A stretch of 64,000 bases of DNA from Mytilus trossulus (lineage: Eukaryota): contig NW_026963298.1 of the NCBI RefSeq assembly GCF_036588685.1, positions 434,001 to 498,000 of the forward strand, given 5' to 3'. How positions within the stretch are numbered: position 1 is the first letter of the stretch; the number at the start of each line of letters is the position of its first letter. The position numbers were made by a program, and so were the translations under genes. Positions 1 to 11,700 of this stretch are shown here, one piece after another. Below the pieces are notes generated by a model. The model saw only the letters and a list, made by a program, of their open reading frames with translations. It searched no databases and was not told where the DNA came from.

Positions 1-759
1 TGATAATAATAGGAGTAACTTGAACAAAAATCTGCTCTGTAACATATACTATAAATAGGGACATAAGATGTTACGAAATATGATAACTTCATTTTTTAAA
101 AGTGTCTCATAAAAATTAACATGACAGGAAACACTAATTTAACCGAATTGACTTGGTGCAATAAAGAAATGAAACAGAGACAACATAAACTGAGTTCATC
201 TTTTTTGGTAGAAGAGTTCAACAAATACAATTAATCAGATGAAATATAGATACGATTATGTTGTCAGGTCATTAAATATTGCATATTTTGGATAACATAT
301 TGATTCACTTGATATTTCTATTGTAAATAGACCAGTAGTGGGCATGATAATAAGGGTTATGTCCTTCTTATAAAATGTATAATAATATGATTCTTAACGC
401 TTAACGGTAAAATGTGTGATTGACTTAGATATAACGAAGACATACTTTTCAATCAGTTTAAATCTGACCACTGCTAGAAGTCCTTTGTATTGTTCAAGTT
501 GATCATTTTTAATTTGCTAAGTTTCTGCTGTAACCTATTCTTATATCAGACGAAAACATTTTAAACTAAGTTTTACTGGGAGGAGTTATGGCCCTTGAAC
601 CAAGGTGATTAGTGTTTCATAGCTCCGCAAAAAAGTGAATTTCTGAAAGATTGCAGCTAATAGTACGGTATGAATTGTTGAAAACTGTATGCAATACATG
701 TTTACATTCCTTTTGAGACTAAAACATTCAAAAACGGACAAATAGTTTAGTATTTATCG

Positions 760-2043
760 ATGTGTAAAGACAAAAAAAATCCAAACGAAGAAAACAAAAT
801 GGCCACCTCTTATGCCGAAGCAGCTAGAGATGAAAACAGATACAAAAACAAAAATGATGACTGCAAGATTGGCAATGTCAAACCAATATTTCTTCTCGAA
901 ACAGATGTATTTGGTGAACATGATATGAATCATTTAGGTCAACGCCCATTCCTTCTAAATATAGAGGTATATCGAGCAATAGAAGAGCAGGTACCAGTTA
1001 GAGCTTTAATTGGGTTACAGAGAGTTCGAGGCATCTGGCGAATATATTTCGACAATGAACAAGACAAAAAAGAACTACTGTCATTGGGGTTAACCATCAG
1101 AAGAAAATCAATAACCCTGTACTTGAGAAACCCAAAAGTAACCCTCAATGAAGAACCAAATGCTATAAAGGTACGAGTCAAAAATGTTCCTCTATCAGCA
1201 GATGACGACCAAATTCTAAGAACTCTTGAAACCTCAGTTAGCAAGTGTGAGATAATCACTCACTCTAGGGAAAGATTGAGAATTGACAATCTTGTAACAA
1301 ACTGCAGAACAGGTGATAGGATAGTCATATGCAAACCTTTTGATCCGCCGCTGCCGAGGTCGATGAAAATAGGCAATTATTGGGCTACTATAAGCCATTT
1401 TGGCCAAGCATCTACAAGCAGACCAAATATGAAATGTAGTAAGTGTCTAGATGAAGGGCACACAGCAAACAATTGTCCAAATGGATGGAAGTGTAAAAAA
1501 TGTGGTCAGCTAGGACATAGACAATATGAGTGTGAAGAGCATTCTGATGTTGAAGTTGAGGAAGAAGGCAATACATATATGACCAACGTGGAGAGTGTCT
1601 GCAATCCAGACATTTTCCATGAAAGTGAAAATGATGTACAGACCAATCAAGAAACTGAAGATAATGATGAGTCATTCCAGGATAGTGATGTCGATTCCAA
1701 ATGCACGACAAAACCTCTCCTGAATACCAAGGGTAGAAGTAGGTCAGAGATTGACACGGAACATTCGCATTTGAACCTTGGTACTCAGGAAAGTAAGTCC
1801 GCTGGAAAAGACAATTCCCAACAGCATAAGGAAAAACATAAAATCAATAAAAGTGTTGACAGAAGACCAGGTATCTCGAGGTATTTGACAGCAAGACCGA
1901 GTCATGATCAGAGTGACACTACAAATAGCACACCTAAACAGTCAAAAACAAAGAACATTGAAAAATCGCCAGTAACCCCAACAGAGAATCTGCATGACGC
2001 AACACGAGATGAGGCTGCTAAGAAGCCAAAAAAGAGACGCTAA
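760..2043 (+). CDS. Tx1-type ORF1 nucleic-acid-binding protein
   Basis: 427 aa; CSKCLDEGHTANNC and CKKCGQLGHRQYEC knuckles, acidic/low-complexity tail, terminal basic NLS-like KKPKKRR. Confidence 0.88.
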   Translation: MCKDKKNPNEENKMATSYAEAARDENRYKNKNDDCKIGNVKPIFLLETDVFGEHDMNHLGQRPFLLNIEVYRAIEEQVPVRALIGLQRVRGIWRIYFDNEQDKKELLSLGLTIRRKSITLYLRNPKVTLNEEPNAIKVRVKNVPLSADDDQILRTLETSVSKCEIITHSRERLRIDNLVTNCRTGDRIVICKPFDPPLPRSMKIGNYWATISHFGQASTSRPNMKCSKCLDEGHTANNCPNGWKCKKCGQLGHRQYECEEHSDVEVEEEGNTYMTNVESVCNPDIFHESENDVQTNQETEDNDESFQDSDVDSKCTTKPLLNTKGRSRSEIDTEHSHLNLGTQESKSAGKDNSQQHKEKHKINKSVDRRPGISRYLTARPSHDQSDTTNSTPKQSKTKNIEKSPVTPTENLHDATRDEAAKKPKKRR

Positions 2044-2126
2044 TTTAATATCTGTTATTAAATCAAAATACAAAATATAAGACTATAGAAATCTTTTATT
2101 TTAAATTATAAAAAAAACTAAAAAAA

Positions 2127-3174
2127 ATGCATTTTGTCAATCATATTTTTCACAAAACAGTATGTATAGCACTGATTTCATTTATTTTTAACTGTATATA
2201 TTATTCGAGATATGTCTCAAAATGTTTGTTGTTATGTGACACAGCTGATGAAGGTTGTCCACTTAAAATATTCAGACTGACAGATAGTCTAATCAATTCC
2301 AATAATGAAGATTATAAATGGTCTGTTCTTCATGAAAGCTTTATCCTGAAAAAGAAAAAGACAAATAAAAATAAAAAGTTCATTAATGTATGTGTATTTA
2401 ATAAAGTGGCAATTTTTTTTTTATTGTGTACTAGAGAATCTAGATATGTGCATGATAATATTTATGCCATGTTACTATAATATTAAATTAAAGTATTTAC
2501 CATCTGCTACTAAATATCCTGATTTAGAAAACATATTAATCCATCTTGAAACGTCTCCATCAAAAACGGATGAAATAACCTTGACCAGAAATTCTATAAA
2601 TACTTTAACGTTGAGGTCAAAATATAGAACGTACACAACTAAAAGTAGAGAGCACCTGGACAGCGAAAGTCTAAAACTATTGCAAAACAAACATCATATG
2701 CTTGACGAATATAAGCATCATGAGAATAGGTTATCAATGCTAATTATGGAAAAGATCGATAACATAATACATTTTACGGTACGGGAAAATAAACTGCTAA
2801 AAATATTGATCAGGAATACACCGACTATAAACATAGAGATAGTAAACAAAGCGGTATTATTTGAGAAAAAAACAAACACAGACCGAAATTCATCGTTTAA
2901 ATACCCACGATCTGAAAAACCAATCGCAATCAGTGAGGCGTATAACGGTATTTCTCAGGTAAAACAAATGTTATATCAGTATGTAAACTGTCCTATAAAT
3001 AATTCTTCTTGGAAAGAAACAAGACTAAAAGAATTTAGCTTTAAGTCAGTCAAAAGAAATAACAAAATAATAATAAATAAAATCAATACCAAATGCCTCA
3101 TTATTAATGGTAAGAAAGATAACTCACCATGCTATTGTATGAAATTTAAAATATCCAACTATAAACCACCATGA
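2127..3174 (+). CDS. Putative extra ORF of the Tx1 element, unknown function
   Basis: 262-aa ORF 2386-3174, joinable to ORF 2127-2480 by removing one T from the T10 run at 2413-2422; its TGA overlaps the ORF2 ATG (ATGA, 3171-3174). Confidence 0.45.
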
Positions 3175-6100
3175 AAAACTATTTGCACATCTGTACGGTC
3201 AATGCTAATGGCCTACAGCAACCTGAAAAAATAAATAAAATAGTAAGATGGGCAAATCAACAAAAATGTGATATCACTTTTATACAGGAAACTCATTTTA
3301 CTAAACAAATGCAAGATACTTTGTTTAAAGAACTTGGTAAAAACATTTTCAGAAGTGATGGTACCAGTAATTCATGTGGAGTAGCAATATGGATAAAAGA
3401 TAGAATTAATTTTAAAATTATTGATGAGCATAAAGATTCTGATGGCAGATTTATTTTGATTAATATTGAAATAAATGAAAACATTTACACGCTAGTAAAT
3501 ATCTATGCTCCAAATAGATCAAGAGAAAGAAATAGTTTTTTTCAAAACAGTTAAATCAAATATAAATAAATATGGATTAGGTCAAACAATTCTTGGGGGA
3601 GATTTTAACGACATCTGGTCATTAATTGATACAAAAAATAAAACTAAATCCTCTAAAAAATTTGATAAACCAGTAACAGGTTTAAAAGGGCTTATAAAAT
3701 CATGTAAATTGATAGACATTTGGAGAAGTAGAAATAAAAATTTAAGGCAATTCACGTGGTGTAGAAAAGATAGATCAGAAGCAACCAGAATTGATTACTT
3801 TCTGATTTCAAAAGAAGTACAAAAAAATTGTAAAAGCTGCGATATTAGACCTTTAGTACAGAAAATAACTGACCATAATGCAGTATCTTTGAAAATTAAT
3901 ACTGCAAGAGGAAATAAGGGGCGTGGCTACTGGAAATTAAACTCCAGTGTTTTAAATAATGATGACTATGTAAATGAAATAAACAAATTAATAAACAGAC
4001 ATGAAAACGAATCAATTAACTGTGATGATTTAGGGATACTATGGGACAATTTGAAAATAGAAGTAAGAGATGCAAGTTTAGACTATTGTAAAAGAAAAGC
4101 CAAATTTAAAAAAGATAAAATAAATATCCTAGAAAAACAACTAAATGATCTCAATAATAAAGCAAATAATGGTACAGACGTAAATCATATAATATTACAA
4201 AAAGAAATTGAGAATTTGGAAAATGATCTAGATTGTTTATATAAAGACAAAATTAAAGGACAAAAAATAAGATCAAGGGTAAAGTGGTTCGAAGAAGGGG
4301 AAAAAAATAGTGCATACTTTTTGGGACTAGAAAAAAGTCGTCAAACAAAAAAGATTATAACTGAACTATATGATGAAAATGGGATCCCAACAACTGATCA
4401 AGATAAAATTCTAAATCTACAAGTAAAATATTATAAAAAACTTTATGAGTCCACTAATCCTTGTGAAAATGAAGTTAAAACATATATCAATGAAACAAAA
4501 TTAACAAAAACGCTTAAAGATTCCGATAGTAATCAATGTGAAGGGAAAGTAACAGAAATTGAATGCACTGATGCAATTTTTAAAATGAAGCTTAATAAAT
4601 CCCCTGGTCTTGATGGATTGACAGTGGAATTTTATAGGCAATTTTGGACAAGCCTTAAACATATTGTTGTCAAAGTATTTAATTATAATTATGAAAAAAA
4701 AGAACTTACAAACTCACAAAAGAAAGGTGCAATTTCACTAATTTTAAAAAAAAATGATCCTCTTTCATTAGATAATTATCGTCCCATAACTTTATTAAAC
4801 ATTGATACTAAACTATTAGCTTATGTATTAGCTCAGAGACTTAAAAAAGTACTACCATCTATTATTAGTCTAGATCAAACAGGATATGTTAAAAATAGAT
4901 ATATTGGTTTTAACATCAGACAAATTCAAGATATAATAGATTATTCTGAGAAATTTAATATAGAAGGAGCAATCCTTTTCTTAGATTTCAGTAAAGCTTT
5001 TGACTCACTAGAATGGACTTTTATGACGGAAACACTAAAACGGTTTGGATTTAAAAGTAGCTTTATCAGATGGGTGGAAATTATGTATAACGACATTAAG
5101 GGATGTATCTTAAATAATGGGTGGGTCTCAGGTCCATTTAAAATATTTCGAGGGATACGACAAGGGTGTCCGATTTCAGCGTTACTTTTTGTTATAACAG
5201 TAGAATTAATGGCAATAAGACTTAGAAGTAATAAAGATTTTAAAGGTATAAAAATTACATTAGATGGAAAATCTTGTAATTTAAAAATTTGTCAATTAGC
5301 TGATGATACAACACTTTTTCTTCAGTCAAGGAAAGAAATAAGTTTAGCTCTCAGTATAATTGAAACATTTGGAAGTTTTTCAGGGCTTAAGCTAAATAGA
5401 AATAAAACTGAAGGGGTATGGTTAGGACGACTAAAAAGTTCAAAAGATAAATATGAAAATATAAATTGGACCGACAAACCAATCAAAAGCCTTGGAATAT
5501 ATTTTTTGAGTATGACAAAAAAGAGTGTCAAACATTAAATATTGAAAAAGTGTTGGACAAATTAACGAAACTTGTAGAAAGATGGGCAAAAAGAAAGTTA
5601 ACAATACTTGGAAAAATATTAGTGGTAAAAGCTCTTCTTCTACCAAATATAACCTACATTGCGACTAACAGTATCATTAATAAAGAAAATCTACAAAATA
5701 TAAATAAAATCTTATATAAATTCATTTGGAACGGAGGAAAAGATAAAATAAAAAGGTCAATAATAACAAAAAACTTCGCAGAAGGGGGGTTAAAAATGAT
5801 TGATATAGAATCCTATATAAAATCTATACATTTAAAATGGATTATAAAAATATTAGAATCAGAAAGTGCAAATTGGTCTGTATTATCAAAACTATACCTT
5901 AATAAATTTGGAAAAAACCTTCTTATTTTTAAGATGAATGTGAATAACACAAAATTGCTAGATAAAAACATATGGAACAGTACACCAACCTTCTATCAAG
6001 AGATGATAAAAACATGGATAAATGTAAATAATTGTGAAAACAATCAACATGATCAAATCAATAATTATTTAGAAATCAGGAAACAAGTTATATGGGGAAA

Positions 6101-7016
6101 CAAATTCATAAAATTTCAAGGAAAATGTCTGTTCTTTGATAATTGGATTGATAGTAACATACTATATATAAATGACATAATAGATAAAAGAGGAAATATA
6201 TCAGAAGAAATTATTATTTCAAAATTAAGAAATAAAAGGAATTGGATTTCTGAATTCTCAAAACTAAAAAGATCCATACCAAAGCAATGGACCAACAAAT
6301 TAAAATCAGAAGAATCAATCAAAACAAAAGTCCATTTCAACCGAACAAAAACTAAACTTAGAGATTGTAATGATGTTCTAACTATTAATGCTAAAAACAT
6401 ATACAACTTAGTATTAAGTGTGTCAAAAACAGAAATACCAGTAGGATTTTTGAAATGGGAAAGAGTCTTAAGCAAAGGGAGACTAATAAATGAATTTAAA
6501 GACTCTATTAAATTTAATTTTGAATATCTTAAAGATAATAAAATAAAAATGTTTAGGTGGAAACTAATGCACTTTATTTTGCCAAATGAGGTGTTGCTTT
6601 TTCAGTGGAAAATTTCACAAAACAATTTGTGTTCATATTGCAATGAAATAGATAATTATAATCATTTTTTCATTACATGTTCATATCATAAAACATTCTG
6701 GAAATCAATGAAAGTTTTACTTAAAAAAGTCTTCATAGGCGAACATGTGATAAGTCTTCATTCGTTGGTTATAGGATACAAAATTCATGACAATGTATAC
6801 TATGCGCTAAATCATTTGCTTAGCTTAATGTTCTTTTCAGTCTATAAATCACATTATGTTTCCAATAAAAAAACCAAAGCAGTAGACACCTTTAAAATTT
6901 TTGAATATGAGGTAGAAAATACTGTAGAATTATATAGTATGACCAATACAGAGATCAGTAGTTTATTTACAAATGTGTTGAATATTTTGAAGTATAAAAA
7001 TGAAGTCATTCTATAG
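3171..7016 (+). CDS. Tx1 ORF2: APE endonuclease + reverse transcriptase + CCHC (two frameshifts)
   Basis: Motifs NANG, IQETH, NIYAPN, GGDFN, RIDY, TDH (APE); SPGLDG, YRPITLLN, DFSKAFD, RQGCPIS, LADDT (RT); CSYC..H....C. Frameshifts in T runs at ~3536-3542 and ~5502-5507. Confidence 0.92.
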
Positions 7017-8287
7017 TTAACTTAAGCTACATGTACATGTATAGAAAAAAAACAGATGTTATAGATCTAGATTATGTGTGATTGCATGTGTGTTTTTTTC
7101 TTTTTTTTCTTCCTTTATTATAAATGTACTATGCAAGTAATTATCTGTAAGTGCTATGCCTAAGGTGTGAGTAAGTGTGAAAGGTTTGTTTGTATGTTAA
7201 ATTTATCATGTGGCAATGAACAAGAATGACTGTAAGCGCAGAAGTTTGTGTGTACAGTAATTATTACTATTATGTATGAATGATAATGTGGGTAAATCAG
7301 ATATATAAGTGTGTAGATGTGTGTGTGTGTCTTTGTCAATATATAGGTACTTCGACACGTGTACACTAAATATGTGTATTGTTTACAAACTTAGACAGGT
7401 AAACTAAAGGTCACGACACGATACTTATCTAGGTCAAATCAATAACAAATTTAATAAAGATTGAAAGTGCAACTGTGAAAAATATATTTACACTCCAACT
7501 TACCTTTACGCAATATTATTCCAAACTCTTAAAACCACATCGAAATTAATAATCCAAATTCACGAAACACTTAAAAAAATATTGTCCAAACACGAGGATA
7601 AGACAAGGCGTGTGAGGTCACTTGACCGCAATATTTTTGATTAAATAATAAAAGAACCTAAAAAGTCATTCCGGATGAATGATCAAATTCCGTAAAACAA
7701 TTAGTGTGTAGATATTTTTTATATGAATATATCTGAAAATACTTTAAGTGATGTAGAAAAGACTATTTGTAACACATATAATAATAGTTTAATGTGTGAA
7801 TTAAAACAATGTAATTTATTAGTTAATTTTACTGAATATTATCCCTGGGTATTCAGTTGTAATCTAACAGGGAAACTTGATGAAATGCTGTACACCAAGT
7901 TTAATTGTTAAACAGCAATATGTGCAATAAAGAATCAATTACAGTGTTAAAAAAAAAAAAAGTTTTACTGTGTGTATAGCTGTGTGATTGTTTATTGACA
8001 ATGAATCTTAATCTCCTTTCAATATTGTACTGCGAAATAACAACATCAATTGCATCAAAGCGTCTCCAGAATAGCGAAAAAAATCGCACCTTAGTCTTTA
8101 GCTGGCCTCAAGACAATAATTTATGTATTTATCTTCATTAAGTTAAAATGGATCTATGCACCAAGTAATATTCACTTATGTCAAATTATTATTATTATCT
8201 GATATCAAGTTTGACTTTAGACTAAGTGGGAGTCTATGCTGTTTGTCTTTGTTTAATGTATTGGACTGCTTTCTGTTTCATTTCATA

Positions 8288-8699
8288 TTAAGTCTGCCAA
8301 TTGATATTTTAACGTGCGTTTTTCTATGTTGTGATGTTATGCTATTGTTTCAGAAAGAGGGAGAAGGTTTGGATCCATTAAAACGTTTAATCCCGCTGCA
8401 AATGTTTGCACCTGTCCTAAGTCAGGAATCTGATGTACAGTAGTTGTCGTTTTTTTATGTAATAAATACGTGTTTCTCGTTTCTCGCTTTTTTTATAAAT
8501 ATAGATTAGACCGTTGGTTTTCCCGTTTGAATGGTTTTACACTATTAATTTTGGGGCCCTTTATAGCTTGTTGTTCGATTTGAGGCAAGGCTCCGTGTTG
8601 AAGGCCGTACATTGATCTATAATGGTTTACCTTATTATAAATTGTAATTGGGAGGGAGAGTTGTCTCATTGGCACTCACACCACATCTTCCTATATCTA
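8288..8699 (+). mobile_element. 5'-truncated interspersed repeat (probable Penelope-like element 3' tail, family A)
   Basis: Highly similar to 23367-23771 with the same 3' end (cacatcttcctatatcta); homologous blocks to the PLE tail at 23772-24057. Confidence 0.75.
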
Positions 8700-8761
8700 G
8701 ACACATAGAAAACGTCATGTTGCTTATTGACGCCGGTATTGATCTCAATATACAGGATCAG
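8700..8761 (+). pseudogene. Disrupted ankyrin exon A (3' two-thirds remain)
   Basis: HIENVMLLIDAGIDLNIQDQ then GTCAGT donor; directly preceded by a repeat insertion (8288-8699); no intact acceptor. Confidence 0.75.
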
Positions 8762-11700
8762 GTCAGTGGTTTATAAGTCAAACTTACAATCATATTGGAT
8801 TACATGCAATAACAAAAATTGAATTAAGAAGTAGAAGAAAGCCTATCAAACTATAAACAAAAGTTGTTTTCTTAATGTCTGGTAAACAAAGTCAAGGACA
8901 ATAACAAAAGGATTTGACGTTAACGTCTCTGTAACATATACTGTGGATTCATTTATCTTAGTGGATACAAATTTGCGTGGATTGAAGAAAAATGACGTTT
9001 TCGTGTAAACATACTATCGTGGTTTTGCAAAAGTCTTCACACAAACCATATGTAAATTTCCAATTTTTTGAAACTTTAAATTCGTGGCTAGCCTGTATCC
9101 ACAAAATCAATGATAATTGGTATCCAAAGAATATGTATGAGTCCACAGTACCAAAATAAGAAAATACAAAATATGACAAAGCAATTCGCGGATTAACATC
9201 ACTTTTAAACTATCAAATAAAAAGATATATGACAGAAACATTTTTTCAACCGGATTTACTTAATGTAATAAAAAAAAAGGAGACAACACAAACTGAGTTC
9301 ATCCTTGTTGGTAATAGAGTTTAATAGACAGACTTATTCAAATGGAATATAATCACGATATTATTATCAGGTCATTCACAGTTGCATATTTTGAAATTGT
9401 AAATAGACACTAACAAACTAATAATGTTTACTTATTAAAGAGGGACGAAAGCTACCAAAGGAACAGTCAAACTCATAAATCTAAAACAAACTGACAACAC
9501 CATGGTTAAAAATGAAAAAGACAACCAAACAAACACAAGTACACATGACACAACATACAAAACTAAAGAATAAACAACACGAACCCCACAAAAAAACTAG
9601 GGGTAATATTTCCTATGACTCTAAATAACATTCGCTATTCAAATGACGATAAATTGTAAAACAAACTAATTAATAATCATGATAAAAACAACAAATAGTA
9701 AGTTTGGATTTTGACAATTTATTGTTATGGATTTATTAGGACAGTTCAACTATATATCAACTGGTCATTTGCATTAATCGACAATGTCTCAGTAATGTGA
9801 AAGATAAAACATTGAAGGCTACCATACGTAATCTGTAAATAATTCAGCTATTCAGTAAAACAATATATTCAGTACATATTCCGTCCTATCCATGACACTT
9901 TAACAATATATGCAAATATACAACAGAGAGTAGAAAATATTCTCAATGGTGGGATAAGGTGGGTCTTTGTGTTCTTTCAGTTTAAATCACGCAATGAACA
10001 AATCAAGAAAAACATGCAATTTTATACCAAATAAAAGCGGTAAAACCGCTTATGAATTATATAGGTAAATGGAAAACGCTAAGTCCTTCAAAATTAAAGA
10101 AAAGATAACTCTAGCTAAGCAGACGATATTCTCAATTTATCAAATTAATGTACATGTAATGCTTAATGATTAAATCTTAATAATATTAGATAAAACAGAA
10201 ATAAATTATTGTCATGAAAAGACAGCATAGACCGGGTTTCAGTGTTTTTTTGAAAGAGGTAGATCTGATTTTAGTTTCCCAATTATGAATTTTAAATTTA
10301 TATGTATCAACATTGCTGCAAAGTCCTTCGCACTACATTGCACAGCTAATACTCATCTTCTGATTTACCATGATATGGTTTTGGAAGAACGATACTAGAT
10401 GTTGTAAGATTCTGGTTCGGTATTGGTTTATGTCTTATCGTCTGTGATTTGTTTTATCTATTTTCTCTATGGTTGTAAACGTAAGGATGTTAATTCACAT
10501 AGCTGTTCTGTCGTCAATTAATTTTTTGAGTTTGTTGTTATACTGAAGCTTACACGTTCAATTGTACTGCCATATTATTAGTTTGTGTATACCTCTGACC
10601 TGCATGTTATTGCATTTATTTTTACAGTATTCCTTTTAGATAATTTTGTCATTTTAGCGATACTTGTTACAATAATAAAACTATAAAACAAGGTTCAACC
10701 AAGAATTTCCCCTTATAATGTATTGTACCAAGTTGGGAATACTGCACATAAAATTGAAAATGGAAAATGGGGAATGTGTCAAATAGACAACAACCCGACC
10801 AAATAAAAACACAACAGCAAAAGGTCACCAACAGGTCTTCAATGTAGCGAGAAATTCCCGCACCTGGAGGCGTACTTCAGAGGCCCCTAAACAAATATAT
10901 ACTAGTTCAGTGATAATGAACGCCATACTAATTTCCAAATTGTACACAAGAAACTAAAATTAAAATAATACAAGACTAACAAAGGCCAGAAGCTCCTGAC
11001 TTGGGACAGGCGCAAAAATGCGGCGAGGTTAAACATGTTTGTGAGATCTCAACTTATTCCAAGACCAGTATATGGCAGGATACGAGTTATGACCTTCTGA
11101 TATATTTAACGATGACTGGAAGATTTGTTTTTTATTCTAATATGATGAAGACATGTTTTGTTAATCTGTTGAGAGTTGTCTCATTGTCACTCATACCACA
11201 GCATCTAATGTTTTTTTAGAAATCAACCAACTGAAAATAATAGGTTATGTGTTTCGTGTACAAATAGTGTTCTCAAAGAACAACTTCTTTCAAATTGTTC
11301 AGTTTTCGAAAATAAGAGGGATGTCTTTCCCAACCTTCTTAAAGTTCATCAACAAATAAATGAGGGAGATTCAGCTCTGGAACAGCACCCATATTTATCT
11401 TTAGTAAGGCACTGTTAATCATGTTTATAGAACAGATCATTATTTATGGACTACATGTATATTGTACATTTTAGCCCTATGGTACCTATCCAAGCTTTTA
11501 TTGATCCAATTTACAGTTTGGGCTGTCTTAAACATACCCTTACAAGTTGTTGATGGACAATTTCTGCTAGGTTCCTATATCTATAAATATGTTCTTTATT
11601 CTTTATTTTTACGTTTCATTGTTAAGTTCAGCAGACTTTGTTATACCTCACGTACCGAATGTTTAAAGTGTTCTTGACATTGTATTTATCTTATCAGTAT

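Larger units (their letters stand above)
580..7460 (+). mobile_element. Tx1/L1-clade non-LTR retrotransposon, near full length
   Basis: ORF1 with two CCHC knuckles, then APE endonuclease, RT and C-terminal CCHC ORFs; TG-rich 3' UTR and AATAAA at ~7453. Ends approximate; no TSD identified. Confidence 0.9.

Noticed and set aside
939-6475. Antisense ORFs within the Tx1 element
   Set aside because: Short shadows of the sense ORFs with no recognisable motifs.
8156-8675. Recurrent short ORFs (also 23319-23747, 19120-19464, 11001-11219)
   Set aside because: Chance ORFs in copies of non-coding retroelement tails.
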